A stretch of 64,000 nt of DNA from Octopus sinensis (Eukaryota), in the NCBI RefSeq assembly GCF_006345805.1, contig NC_042998.1, forward strand, positions 28,954,001 to 29,018,000, in the 5' to 3' direction. Under the pieces are notes generated by a model. That model was not told the origin of the DNA. It searched no databases and saw only the letters and a list, made by a program, of their open reading frames with translations. This document shows positions 50,600 to 62,294 of the stretch, one piece after another. Each line of letters begins with the position of its first letter. The first letter of the stretch is position 1. Made by a program: the position numbers and the translations under genes.

Positions 50600-50998
50600 T
50601 AATAATAATGAAATTATTGTGTATAATGCTCAGGGTGCACTACGACTAATCAAAAGTGCATGTATAGTACATAGAATTATGTACAAATGTGAGGAAAGTG
50701 AACAGTGTATGAGTCATGATATACATGTGTGCATGCGTAGTGAGGTGGGTGGATATCAGGTGTAGTATTGGTGAATTTCAGGAAGCATGGAAGTTTTAAA
50801 GGATGCAATGTCTTGGTAGCTAACAACCGATGCAGGTAGTTTGTTTCATGCTTCAGCAAATCTGAGTGTGAAAAAATGTTTCCGAAAATCATGGGAGCTT
50901 TGCTGTTTTCTGACTTTGTAAGACATTCCTACATGTGTTAGACACATGGAGCTCAAAAAGATGCTCAAGGTGGTTGTTGACATGACAGTTAACCTTCA
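50600..50998 (-). mobile_element. CR1-clade LINE 3' fragment
   Basis: Minus: HDFRKHFFTLRFAEA*NKLPASVVS..ASFK, the CR1 motif R..FF..R....WN.LP..VV....SFK. Confidence 0.82.
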
Positions 50999-51094
50999 AC
51001 AGTACTGTAAAAATGCGTATTAATATAATATTAATATCAAAAAATTACTTTAAACTGTGGAGTCAATTAATACAGTGCAGCATAACTGGACCAT

Positions 51095-51510
51095 TTAAGA
51101 GTACCCTTCAATCACTGGGCAATAAACTGTGCTTGCGAAGACCTGTTGAGTCAAATGAAGTCATTATTGTGACTGATGGCAGTACCGCCTGACTGGCACC
51201 TATGCCAGAGGCATGTAAAGAGCACCATTCAAGCATGCCCAATACCGGTACTACCTAACTGGTCCTGTGCCAGTTTCACATTAAAAGCACCATTCGAGCG
51301 TGATCACTACCAGTGCCGCCTGACTAGTTCCCATACCAGTGGCATGTGAAAAGCACCATTCAAGCGTGATTGATATCAGTAACGCCTGACTGGCCCTTGT
51401 GCTAGTGGGACATAAAAAACACCCACTACTCTCTCAGAGTGGTTAGAATTAGGAAGTGCATCCCGCTGTAGAAACTTTGCTAGATCAGATTGGAGCCTGG
51501 TACAGCCTTC
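51095..51510 (+). mobile_element. Family S3 copy with about 5 diverged tandem units
   Basis: AAAAGCACCATTC units and diverged core. Confidence 0.78.
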
Positions 51511-51819
51511 TGGGCCAAATGGAATTTGTTGAGGGCAAATGCCCTTGCTTTCAACAACCCACATCTGTTTCCATACAAAGTAATGTTTCCCCATAGCTAG
51601 AGATATCTTTCATGGAGGACTGGAAACAAACAATCTCACTTGGATGATGATGAGGATGCTGTTCATTTACAATTATCACATGCTTTCTAGACAAAGGAAT
51701 GCACAAACACACATATATATATGCAGGCTTCTTTCATTTTCCATCTACCAAATCCTCTCACAAGGCTTTGGTCAACCCAAGGTTATAGTAGATGACACTT
51801 GCCATAAGTGCTGTGTAAT

Positions 51820-51887
51820 ATGTATATATATATATACGAATATATATATATATATATATATATAGATATATATATATATATATATAC

Positions 51888-51918
<31 letters not shown>

Positions 51919-51919
51919 C

Positions 51920-51955
<36 letters not shown>

Positions 51956-51980
51956 GAATATAGTGGTTTTGTCTCGAATA

Positions 51981-52017
<37 letters not shown>

Positions 52018-52019
52018 GA

Positions 52020-52058
<39 letters not shown>

Positions 52059-52062
52059 ATAT
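51820..52062. repeat. (TA)n array periodically interrupted by CGAA
   Basis: TATATACGAATATA recurs about 5 times. Confidence 0.88.
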
Positions 52063-52249
52063 ACTGAAGAGATGGTGGCATGGATTTCCACCTCGGCATC
52101 CGAAACTTGGAGTTTTATCTTGGCTACCGAATAATTGTCACATATTACATTTACAGATAAATTTCTCTATTTACATAATATCGAGGTCTCTTTCTTTCTT
52201 TTGTTATATTACTGTTTTTATCAATATATATATATACACATATATATGA

Positions 52250-52745
52250 CCTTTGAACATTGGGCCTCACAGAGGCAATGACAGGAGACCGAGACCTTGG
52301 AAATATGCTGTGATTTGAGAAGACCTGGCATGTAAAGTGAGATCATAGCCAGACGTGTCCAGCGCAGTTAAGAGTACCCTTGATGCATCGAGCGATATAT
52401 GCTTGAGATGACCTGTTGTGTCACGTAGAAACAATATCGTAGCTGTGACCAGTGACCCCTGACAGGCTCCCATGCTGGTGGCATGTAAAAAGCACCATCC
52501 AAAAGTGGCTGATGCCAGTACCCACTGACTGGCCCCTGTGCCAGTGGCACGTAAAGGAGATTACCCAAACGTGATCGATGCCAATGCTGCCTGACTGGCT
52601 CTCATACCGGTAGCACATAAAAGGCACTGACCATACTCTCGGAGTGGTTGGCATTTGGAAGGGCATCCAGCTGTAGATCAGATTGGAGTCTGGGCAGCCT
52701 CCTGGCTTGCCAGAACCCAGTCAAACTGTCTTATCCATACCAGCA
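52250..52745 (+). mobile_element. Family S3 long copy
   Basis: Tandem units and GGAAGGGCATCCAGCTGTAG core. Confidence 0.78.
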
Positions 52746-52930
52746 TATATATATATAAAATATATATTAGAGATAAAACCACTATTATGCAACTCAAACA
52801 GTGATAGACATAAACCAAAACATAAATAATAGTGGTTTTATCTCTAATTTATATTTCATATATTTATATTGTGAAATTTGATTTAATACTAAATGGATTT
52901 TTTCCCTTTAAGTTTGGAGTTATACTCCCT

Positions 52931-52973
<43 letters not shown>

Positions 52974-53510
52974 CATATATAAATATATACACACATAAAT
53001 ATGCAATATATATGTATCTATAGGCAATAGTGTATATTGTTTACCTGAATCAAATACAGTATGGAAAGAAATACAAGCTGAAACACACAGTATTGCAATA
53101 CTGCTGCTGTTGCTGATGGTGATGATGATGATGATGGTAGTGGTAGTGGTGGTGATGATTGAAAGAACAAATTTGAAACCACAGCAACTGCAACCACAGT
53201 GTTTCAATTCCCTTAAAATAAGGCTTCTCATAAAATAAGTCACCTGAGTTACAAGACGGAAAAGAAATCAGGGCATCTGACATTTATTTTTCATCTTCTT
53301 CTACTTTCAGTTTCTCCTTCTGACGGTCTCTCTGCCATTCCTATCCATCTTCATTTCTCTTCATACTCTCTCTCTCTCTCTCTCTCTCTTTCTTTTCCTC
53401 CCTTTCTCATCTTATTTCAAACATGTCTGCGTCTGTTGTTGTAATATTTCAACGTGAAATGCATACTGGTTGCTAATGTCTTCTCTTCTTCTTGTTCATC
53501 CTTTTGACAG

Positions 53511-53671
53511 CTATGGGAGGTGATGAAGGTGACAAAGAAGGGAATGAGAATGCAGAAGAAGAGGCTGCAGCTATTGAAGAAGCCAGAAGAGAAGCCGAGG
53601 AGAGACGTAAAGAAAAACACAGGAAAATGGAAGAAGAGCGAGAAGAAATGCGTCAAAGTATACGTGACAAG
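53511..53671 (+). CDS. cplx: Complexin second coding exon (accessory and central SNARE-binding helix: AMGGDEGDKEGNENAEEEAAAIEEARREAEERRKEKHRKMEEEREEMRQSIRDK)
   Basis: Motif EERRKEKHRKMEEERE..RQ.IRDK is typical of complexin. Branch-like CTAAT near 53473, pyrimidine tract, acceptor GACAG|CT; G+CT restores the frame with exon A; donor AAG|GTACAC at 53671/53672 (phase 0, before the expected YG/YN-KKK segment). Confidence 0.96.
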
Positions 53672-53835
53672 GTACACTTGGCTATATATAATAGCATTGA
53701 TGCTTGGAAGTCCATATGTAGATTCTAATATGAGTGTATGTGTGTGTAGTGTGTATACATACATATATCTATCTCTCTCTATATATATGTATGTATGAAT
53801 GTATGTATGTATTTACATATATGTATGTCTGTATC

Positions 53836-53867
<32 letters not shown>

Positions 53868-53894
53868 ATAGAAATATTAAAATAACTAAGTCTC

Positions 53895-54170
53895 TCTAAA
53901 AGAGAACAGCGGCAGCGTTCCCGGAAAATAATAGTTATCGCCATACTAATATGGCATTCTTATAAAAATAAGAAAAAAGCTGTCCGCTTATTAGCTCCAT
54001 GAGGCCATCGCCTTAAGTTAGCTATTTGATACACAAACTGTATCCATATAACCTTCGAACAAGGGAGGTCAGTCGCTCCCCACTACTTGACCGGCAGCTA
54101 CAGACGCGTTTCGGGGTATTGCCCCTTTTCAATGCAGCGTAGCCAGCCAGTAGGTGTCGCTTCCAGATTT
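53895..54170 (-). mobile_element. PLE-type fragment, family C, with degenerate hammerhead at 54097-54138
   Basis: Minus: GCTGCA-TTGAAAA-GGGG-CAATA-CCCC-GAAAC-GC-GTC-TGTAGC. Confidence 0.62.
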
Positions 54171-54719
54171 TTTTAATGATTTGAGATTTAGATATGTGGT
54201 CAGATCGTTATGGTGATGATAACCGTTGATAACCGATGATAACCATTAGCAATGTTGCTGATGGTGATAGTCAGAAGTCATATTCGCTTTATTGGTGTTG
54301 GTAGTGGTGGTGATGATGATGACGATGACGATGATGATGATTGCTGCATTAGTAGATTAGATAGATGGCTTGACCACTTGGTAATATGAGTGATGGAATT
54401 TGTGTCAGGTGTTGCAGCTACTGATCTTCATGGCCAAGTGTATGTATTACAGATTTCCAAGGTAGGCAAACTGATATTGGTGGCGGGGGCTGAAGGTATT
54501 ATAGATGAGATTAAAAGCATTGTGGTGTCGGTGACACTAATCAATTCTCTACCCTGGCTTCGCTGTGAAACTATTGACCTATTTCTTAGGTTTTAATTGA
54601 TTTGATCGGCTGAACTTGTTTTGCTGTATAAGTAAAAGTCAATCCTTTCTATTCTGATTACCATACCATCTGGGTATGACGTGTGTGTGTATGTATGTAT
54701 ATATGTATGTATGTGTGTG

Positions 54720-54744
<25 letters not shown>

Positions 54745-54750
<6 letters not shown>

Positions 54751-54972
54751 GCTCTTTGTATTTTTTAAGCCAGTCACTGACAAAGTGGCAAAGTTCGCCC
54801 TTTTGATACCAACCCTGCTGAAACCACCTCTGTTTCTGAGTACAAATGTCTTGTTTTCAGAAGTTTTGAATTAAAAAATCTTCTGCTAAATCTTAGTCAC
54901 AATTTATGTTCTTAACACTAGCTTAACGATAACTAAGTTATTTTACTAAATTATTTGTTATATTTAAAATTA
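54745..54972 (-). mobile_element. MITE M1 copy
   Basis: Reverse complement of 58816-59045. Confidence 0.78.
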
Positions 54973-55197
54973 ATTGAAAGAATCCCTACCCTGACCTCTT
55001 ACCATCACTCCCTCTATACACACTGGCTGCTTCCACCCAGCATCTCTTTCTGTTCTTCTTCCTCCAATGCTCACTCTGACATCTTGTCTCCACCATCTCC
55101 ATCCCTCTTTCCACCTCCACACTGACCGTACCCACCTACTTTTGTATAATGCTAGCAGCCAAGAATCCCAGTTTGGCCCTTCTTTCATACTCCAAAT

Positions 55198-55554
55198 CAG
55201 TGGTTCTTACCAGGATCCATATGTCCCCTGAAGGTCTATATATGATTTATGGGGGGGGGGATGGGGTTCATGTAACAAAATAGTAAACTGGGGGCCCACA
55301 ACAGTATTTTAAGGGCCCCCTGAGGAAAATTTTGCTTTACCTGTATTCTTTGTAAGAAAGTTTCTTTCTCTCACCTTTTACATAGTTCAACCTACACAAG
55401 TTAATGGATGAAAAACAAAACAATTTTGAAAGAAGTTTCTACAAAACTAGTTTATAACATCGAATGGCTATGGCGGAGGAGGGGGAGTGTACCAGAATAA
55501 AATAATAATCAAAGGGATTATTAGATTAAAAAAAAAAATGTTTGAGTACCCCTA
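55198..55554. mobile_element. hAT-like MITE
   Basis: CAGTGGTTCTTAC ... TTTGAGTACCCCT ends. Confidence 0.5.
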
Positions 55555-55729
55555 CTCTAAACCTCTAATCACTTTGATTCAAACTGCCCCCCTCTCTCTC
55601 TCTACTTTAGTTCCACACAGTCAATGGGAATCCTTGTCTTGTGAACTACATGGTAACCTCACAAGTGCTGGTACCATGGAAAAAAGCACTCAGTACACCC
55701 TGTAAAGCAGTTGGCATTAGGGAGGCTAT

Positions 55730-55860
55730 TTACATTTGACATATATTTGTCCTCATCTTTGTTTTTAACTCATTTTGGCTGATATACACTCCAGCCTTCT
55801 TCAGGTGTCTTGCGGAAATTTCGAACCTGGGTTCTCATTCCTAAGTTATTTTTCAATATT
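55730..55860 (-). mobile_element. PLE family A pLTR with degenerate hammerhead (55765-55809)
   Basis: Minus: GACAC-CTGAAGA-A-GGCTG..CAGCC-AAAAT. Confidence 0.68.
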
Positions 55861-55964
55861 TATTGTGGCATTTGTTCCTGTCATAGTTTTGAGCTTATAT
55901 CTTGTCCAAACCGTTTTCTGTCATTCACCCTTCCAGAATTGATGAAATCAAGTAAAAGTTCATG

Positions 55965-56690
55965 GCAGTCATCATCATCATTGTTTAATGTTCACTATCC
56001 ATGCTGGCATGAGTTGGGCGGTTTTGAGTGAAGACTGGCAAGCCAGGAGGCTGCACCAGGCTCCAGTCTGATTTGGCACGGTTTCTGCAGCTGGATGCCC
56101 TTCCTAACGCCAACCACTCCAGGAGTGTAGTGGGTGCTTTTTACATGCCACTGGCATGAGGGCCAGTCAGGTGGCACTGGAGTTGGTGCTCTTTACATGC
56201 CACCAGCACAGGAGCCAGTCAGGTGGCGCTGGCAGAAACATTAGTGCGCCGGGTGAAATACTTAACGGTATTTCGTCTGTCGATACGTTCTGAGTTCAAA
56301 TTCCACCGAGGTCGACTTTGCATTTCATCCTTTCAGGGTCAATAAATAAAGTACCAGTTTCACACTGGGTTCGATGTAATCGACTTAATCCGTTCGTCTG
56401 TCCTTGTTTGTCACCTCTGTGTTTAGCCTCTTGTGGGTAGTAAAGAAATAGGTATTGACCACATTCGGATGATGCTTTTTATGTGCCACCAGCAGGGGAG
56501 CCTGTTATGAGGCACTGGCCACAGCTAAGATATTGGTTTTACTTGACTCAGCAGGTCTTCTCAAGCGTATCATATTGCACAATGCATCAGGGGTACTCTT
56601 AACTGGGCCAGACATGCATGGCTACAATCTAACTTTAGTTGCCGGGTCTTCTCAGTCACAGCATATTATTGCAAGGAGGAACATGTTGAC
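55965..56690. mobile_element. Family S3 copy (minus) interrupted by a nested SINE S2 (56225-56450, plus)
   Basis: S3 units resume after GTAAAGAAATAGGTA at ~56452. Confidence 0.78.
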
Positions 56691-56699
56691 TCATAGAAT

Positions 56700-57022
56700 A
56701 TGTATATATATATATAATGTATGTGTGTGTGTATATATATGTATATGTATATATGTATATATGTATATGTATATATATGTATATGTGTATATGTATATGT
56801 ATATATATATGTATATGTATGTATATATATATGTATGTATATATATATTTTTATATGTGTATGTATATATATATGTATGTATATATATATGTGAATGTCT
56901 GTATATATATATATGTGTATGTATGTATATATATATATGTGTATGTATGTATGTCTATATATATATGTGTGTGCATATGTATGTATTATATGTATATATG
57001 TATATGTATTTATATGTATATG

Positions 57023-57065
<43 letters not shown>

Positions 57066-57110
57066 ACATACACACAAGCGATACACACACACACATATTT
57101 ATATATAGAA
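56700..57110. repeat. Complex (TA)/(TG)/(ATGT) microsatellite tract
   Basis: Direct reading; source of spurious ORFs. Confidence 0.95.
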
Positions 57111-57419
57111 ACAATGCATGTGCATGCACACACATACTTACATGCATTTATACATGTGTAGGTATCTGTGTGTGTGTGAGTGAGGATACTTAGACATATG
57201 CGAGGGCATATGTAGCAGTAATTGTACTTTGTGTATAGATCAATGTCTAAGAACTTTGGTAATGAAAAAGGAGGCAAAGCATATACAAGCGTAAAAGAAG
57301 ATTATCATCGTTAATTAATCTGATACTTATGAACATTTACTAAGCTCATTAGTAAATACTTGAGCTTGAGACTTGATACATTGGAAAATTAATCAATAAT
57401 TAATTACTTATATTTCTTT

Positions 57420-57780
57420 TATTCTTTTAATTGTTTCAGTCATTTGACTGTGGCCATGCTGGGGCATCGCCTACAGTCGAACAAATCAAACCTGGTTCTT
57501 ATTTTTTTGTAAGTCTTGTACTTATTCTATCGGTCTCTTTTGCCTAACCGCTAAGTTACAGGGATGTAAACACACCAACATCGGCTGTCAAGCAATCGTG
57601 GGGGGGGGGAGGGGCAAACACAGACGAACACACACACATACACACATACATATATGACAGGCTTCTTTGAGTTTCTGTGTACCAAATTCACTCACAGGCT
57701 ATGGTCGGCCTGAGGCTATTGTAGAAGACACCTGGCCAAAGTGTCATGCAGTGGGACTGAACCCAGAACCATGTGCTCTC
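57420..57780 (-). mobile_element. SINE S1 copy
   Basis: Reverse complement of S1. Confidence 0.82.
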
Positions 57781-57821
57781 ATACTTGCTCTCATGCCTTA
57801 TTTAATTGAATTCAAATACTA

Positions 57822-58230
57822 CAGGAGTGGCTGTGTGGTAAATAGCTTATTTGCCAACCACATGGTTCTGGGTTCAGTCCCACTGCGTGGCACCTTGGCC
57901 AAGTGTCTTCTACTATAGCCTCGGGCCGACCAAAGCCTTGTGAGTGGATTTGGTAGACGGAAACTGAAAGAAGCCCGTCATATATATTGTATATATATGC
58001 GTGTGTGTTTGTGTGTCTGTGCTTGTCCCCCTAGCATTGCTTGACAACTGATGCTGGTGTGTTTATGTCCCCGTTATTTTGCAGTTTGGCAAAAGAGACT
58101 GATAGAATAAGTACTGGACTTACAAAAGAATAAGTCCTGGGGTTGAGTTGCTTGACTAAAGGCGGTGCTCCAGCATGGCTGCAGTCAAATGACTGAGACA
58201 AGTAAAAGAGTGAAAGAGTAAGAGAGTTAG
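57822..58230 (+). mobile_element. SINE S1 copy, head-to-head with 57420-57780
   Basis: AGGAGTGGCTGTGTGGTAAATAGC head. Confidence 0.87.
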
Positions 58231-58454
58231 TAAAACTTTTGAAGGTAAAACACTCAACGCAGTCTCTAAGATTACAATGGAAAAGGCATTTTGCACCTGT
58301 CATTGTTTTGTTTGGTTATGGAATCTCCAGAAATTGTAACACATTGGTGTCAGCTTTCTCATTTTCATTTAATTTTACACCAACGCAAGAAATTAACTCT
58401 ATTTGTGTTAGTCTGTATATTTTGTACTGAAGTTAGTGTCAAAAGAATTTGAAT

Positions 58455-59220
58455 ATAAGGAGCATTTTAACACTTTAACTATCATATTTCTATTAAGATG
58501 CTCTGTGTTTCTTTCAATTATTTTAAATATAGCAAAGAATTTAGTTGAATAACTTAGTTATCAATAAACTGGTGTTGGGAACATAAATATGTGACTAAGG
58601 TTTGGGGGAAGAATATAATTCAGAACTTTTAAAAACAAGATATTTGTACTACAGGACCAGAGGCAGTTTCAGGTGGGTTGAAACATTTGGGCAGATGCAC
58701 ATTAGAAGCAATTGGAAGGGTGTGGATTGAAGAAAGTTTAGGCTATTATTTCTAGCATATAGAGTGACCATATTGAGGTCTCCCTCCCTCATGTCGTCTG
58801 CTGTTTATTTTCTCCTTAACTCTTTTGTTACCATATTTCTGTTAAGATGCTCTGTGTTTTTTTCAACTAATTTTAGATATAACAAAAATTTTAGTAAAAT
58901 AACTTAGTTATCATTAAGCTAGTGATAGAAACATAAATTGTGGCTGAGGTTTGGTGTAAGATTTTAATTCAGAACTTTTGGAAACAAGACATTTGTACTA
59001 CAGAGCCAGAGGTACTTTCAGGTGGGTTGGTATCAAAAGGGTTAAATTAATCATTTGTTAACCCTTTTGTTACTATATTTCCAATGAGATGTTCTGTGTT
59101 TCTTTCAATTAGTTTTAAATATAACAAAGAATTTAGTAAAATAACTTAGTTATCATTAAGCTGGTGTTAGGAACATAAATTGTGACTAAGGTTTGGTGAA
59201 AGATTTTAATTCAGAGCTTT
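58455..59220 (+). mobile_element. Cluster of three piggyBac-like MITE M1 copies (58455-58690, 58816-59045, 59058-59220)
   Basis: TTAA-flanked CCCTTTTGTTAC TIR. Confidence 0.8.
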
Positions 59221-60211
59221 ATCGTTCATGCAATATCAAGGCACATGTATGCGCGTACGCATGCACGCACGCACACACACACACACACAGGCTTCTTTCA
59301 GTTTCCATCTGTCAGATCATTGGCAAGGCCTTGGTCAGCTTGGGGCTATAGAAAAGACACTTGCTCAAGGTACCATGCAACAGGACTGAACCCAAAACTT
59401 TTTGGTTGGGAAGCAGTACTACTGCATTGCAGATGATGCCTGGCGACATCTACCTCATGGCTCTTGACCAACTCACAGACATATGCAGGGTCTGCAACCC
59501 GTCTGTTTGTGTGCATGTGCGTGTGTGTGAATACAAGGACTTACTTCTAGAGGGTAACTTAGCCATTTAATATACAAAAATTTATGAAATAAATACCAGA
59601 GGTCATTAATTAGTAATTCATGATGACAATGCTCCAGCTTGGCCTCAGTCCAATGCTTGAAACTGACACAAAATAAAAATTAAAATAATCTATTTTATAG
59701 CCGGTTTTATTAATTGCTTTATATTGGAAATTATCTGTCCCTCGTCTCGTTTATTATGGTGGAGTGGTTGTATTATAAATTCCCTAGCCAACTTCAGTGC
59801 TAATTAATATGTTTGGGAATGCATTATTAATTATCTTCCGTTCTATACACAAACCTTCTTTGTAGTATAATGTTGTATTATGGAATATTAAAATGCTCTA
59901 TTGATGTTTGGCACCAAACATGCATTTAAGCTAAAATAGATAAGAAAAAAATCTGTAGATAGGAATATATTTTAAAAAAATCTTTTAACTTTTTTTTATG
60001 TTTTGAAGCCTTTATAAAATGATAGACTTGAGCTCAAAAAAGCTATACAATTGTAAAAGAAAATATTATAAAATCCATTTTCCAATAAGCTGATAATAGA
60101 CAGAACAACAGCTGTGTCTTTTCGAAAATAATAACATCAGGTAAAGAGTTTTAACACATTGATAAAATACTATGTGAAGACAGAAAAATCATTAGAAAGA
60201 TGGAACTGCTA

Positions 60212-61021
60212 ATATGAGGGGGTGTCCTAAAAGTAATGTGAACGTGGGCATAAATTTTTTATTAGCAGACATAAGTTGTTCAAATAGAAATTGCTGGTTG
60301 AGTAGCTCTTCCTCTATGCAAAAGTGTCGTTCAAAATATTTCCCATCAAACGTGCTGCATTTGTGCCATTCTGAACCTGACTCTTGATTCCTCTTTGAAA
60401 TGATTCTGGTGCCTACTGCTGAACCCATTTCTTCACAACCACTTTCACCTCATCTGAGTCATCAAAATCTACAAAGACTGTCTTTCTGGGCTGAACAGGT
60501 GGAAGTTGCAGAGCACCAAATCTGAGCTGTGTGGTGGTTAGGGGACCTGTAAGCAACCTAATTTGGTTGTTACCTTATTTGTTGCGAAAGATGTGTGTGG
60601 TCACTTACTGTCAGAATGAATGGGGTTCTCAGATTTTTATTCTCTCTCTTCCTCCAAATGACTTTTCTAAACTTTTCCAGTCACAATGTACTGCTTACAA
60701 TTCACAGTATAGCAATACTTTAGAAAAATCAAGTAGAGTGACACTATAGTCTTCCCTAAAAATCAGTCACCATAAATTTCTTTGCAACCACATCTTAGGT
60801 CTTTGAGAATATGTGTGAGACCATTCAATTCCAATGAACTTAGCCATCATTCCTGGATTATAAGGATAGATGCAGGTTACAGCCCTTGTCACCTTAGCAT
60901 AATAAAAAAAGAATAACTTATCTTCATTAGGTTCAAATTCTTCCAGCATGTCAAGACCAACATTCACACCTCTCTCCTTCAAATCAGGTGTCACGTGCAA
61001 AAGTACCCATTTTGTACACAC
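60212..61021 (-). mobile_element. Tc1/mariner transposase relic
   Basis: Minus: CTKWVLLHVTPDLKERGV (WVPR-like), PPHSSDLVLCNFHLFSP (YSPDLAP-like), WHKCSTFDGKYFE C-terminus; TIR-like TATGAGGGGGTGTCCTAAAAGT at ~60213. Confidence 0.82.
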
Positions 61022-61029
61022 TTTCTAGT

Positions 61030-61292
61030 GGCTCCCATGCAGGTAGCATGTAAAAAACACCTTTTGAGCATGGTCGTTGCCAGAATCGCCTGACTGGCTC
61101 TTGTGGTGGTGGTACATAAAAGTACCCACTACTCTCTCAGAGTGGTTGGCATTAAGAAGGGCATCCAGCTGTAGAAACTTTGCCAGATCAGATTGGAACC
61201 TGGTGCAGCCTCTGGCTCACCAGTCCTCAGTCAAACCGTCCAACCCATGCCAACATGGAAAGTGGACGTTAAAAGATGATGATGATGATGAT
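61030..61292 (+). mobile_element. Family S3 copy abutting the mariner relic
   Basis: Core and GAT tail. Confidence 0.85.
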
Positions 61293-61504
61293 TTCCAATA
61301 TCCAAAGTCTTCTACCATCTTTTGTAACACAATATGGCCATAGTCCAGTTGTGCAGTAAGCTCATAGACATTGACCTCTCTGTTTATGCAAATCTGTTTG
61401 GCCACACACTGGTGATTCTTAACAGTGTTAGCAGCTGATGGTCTTCCTCTGTTTTAGTTTGTCTTCCATGCTGGATTTTCCCTTTATTAAAATCATCTCT
61501 GTAA

Positions 61505-61925
61505 AGGCGGTGAGCTGGCAGAAACGTTAGCACACCGGGCAAAATACTTAGCAGTATCTCGTCTGCCGCTACATTCTGAGTTCAAATTCCGCCAAGTTCG
61601 ACTTTGCCTTTCATCCTTTTGGGGGTCGATAAATTAAGTACCAGTTACGCACTGAGGTCGATACAACTGACTTAATCCATTTGTCTGTCCTTGTTTGTCC
61701 CCTCTGTGTGTAGCCCCTTGCTGGTTGTAAAGTAATAGGTATTTCGCCTGCTGCTATGTTCTGAGTTCAAATTCCACTGAGGTCGACTTTGCCTTTCATC
61801 CTTTTGGGGGTCGATTAAATAAGTACCAGTTACTCACTGGGGTCAATATAATCGACTTAATCCATTTGTCTGTCCTTGTTTGTCCCCTCTGTGTTTAGCC
61901 CCTTGTGGGTAGTAAAGAAATAGGT
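61505..61925 (+). mobile_element. SINE S2 with internal tandem duplication of its body
   Basis: Body repeated at ~61555-61740 and ~61740-61925. Confidence 0.85.
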
Positions 61926-62294
61926 ATCATCTCTGTAAACAATTTAAGTCTTCCATGAATGTCCAGACACCCTGCTTTCATCAAGAACTCAATGACAGTA
62001 TGTTGCTTCTGCTTGGGACCCATAATTTACTTGCAATGAAAAAATAAGAAAAACTAACCATATAGGAAGAGTTGCTGTCCCAAGATGTGTAATTTGAATG
62101 AGCTTTGTCAATTACTAAAACAATTTTAATTTTGAGATAACTCTTGCATATTTATTCAGTTGAAGATAACCTACAATTAATTATAATGAGGTTTGAAAAC
62201 CAAGTCTTGATAATGAGTGTCAGACACAAAAATAATTTAATAATTTGAGCAATTGTACAATCTTTTTACTGGTAAGCTATAAAAATAAATGCAT

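Larger units (their letters stand above)
8855..53510 (+). other. Complexin intron, 44,656 bp, GT-AG, phase 1
   Basis: Bounded by the two coding exons; I recognised no other complexin-like coding sequence inside it. Confidence 0.88.

Noticed and set aside
53470-53600. Editing-complementary pairing between the pyrimidine tract and the GAA-rich exon B
   Set aside because: Only about 10-nt complementarity, explained by base composition.
56533-57277. Long ORFs of 158-203 aa
   Set aside because: Translations of TA/TG microsatellite; the same applies to 45853-46385, 46864-47526 and 10740-11248.
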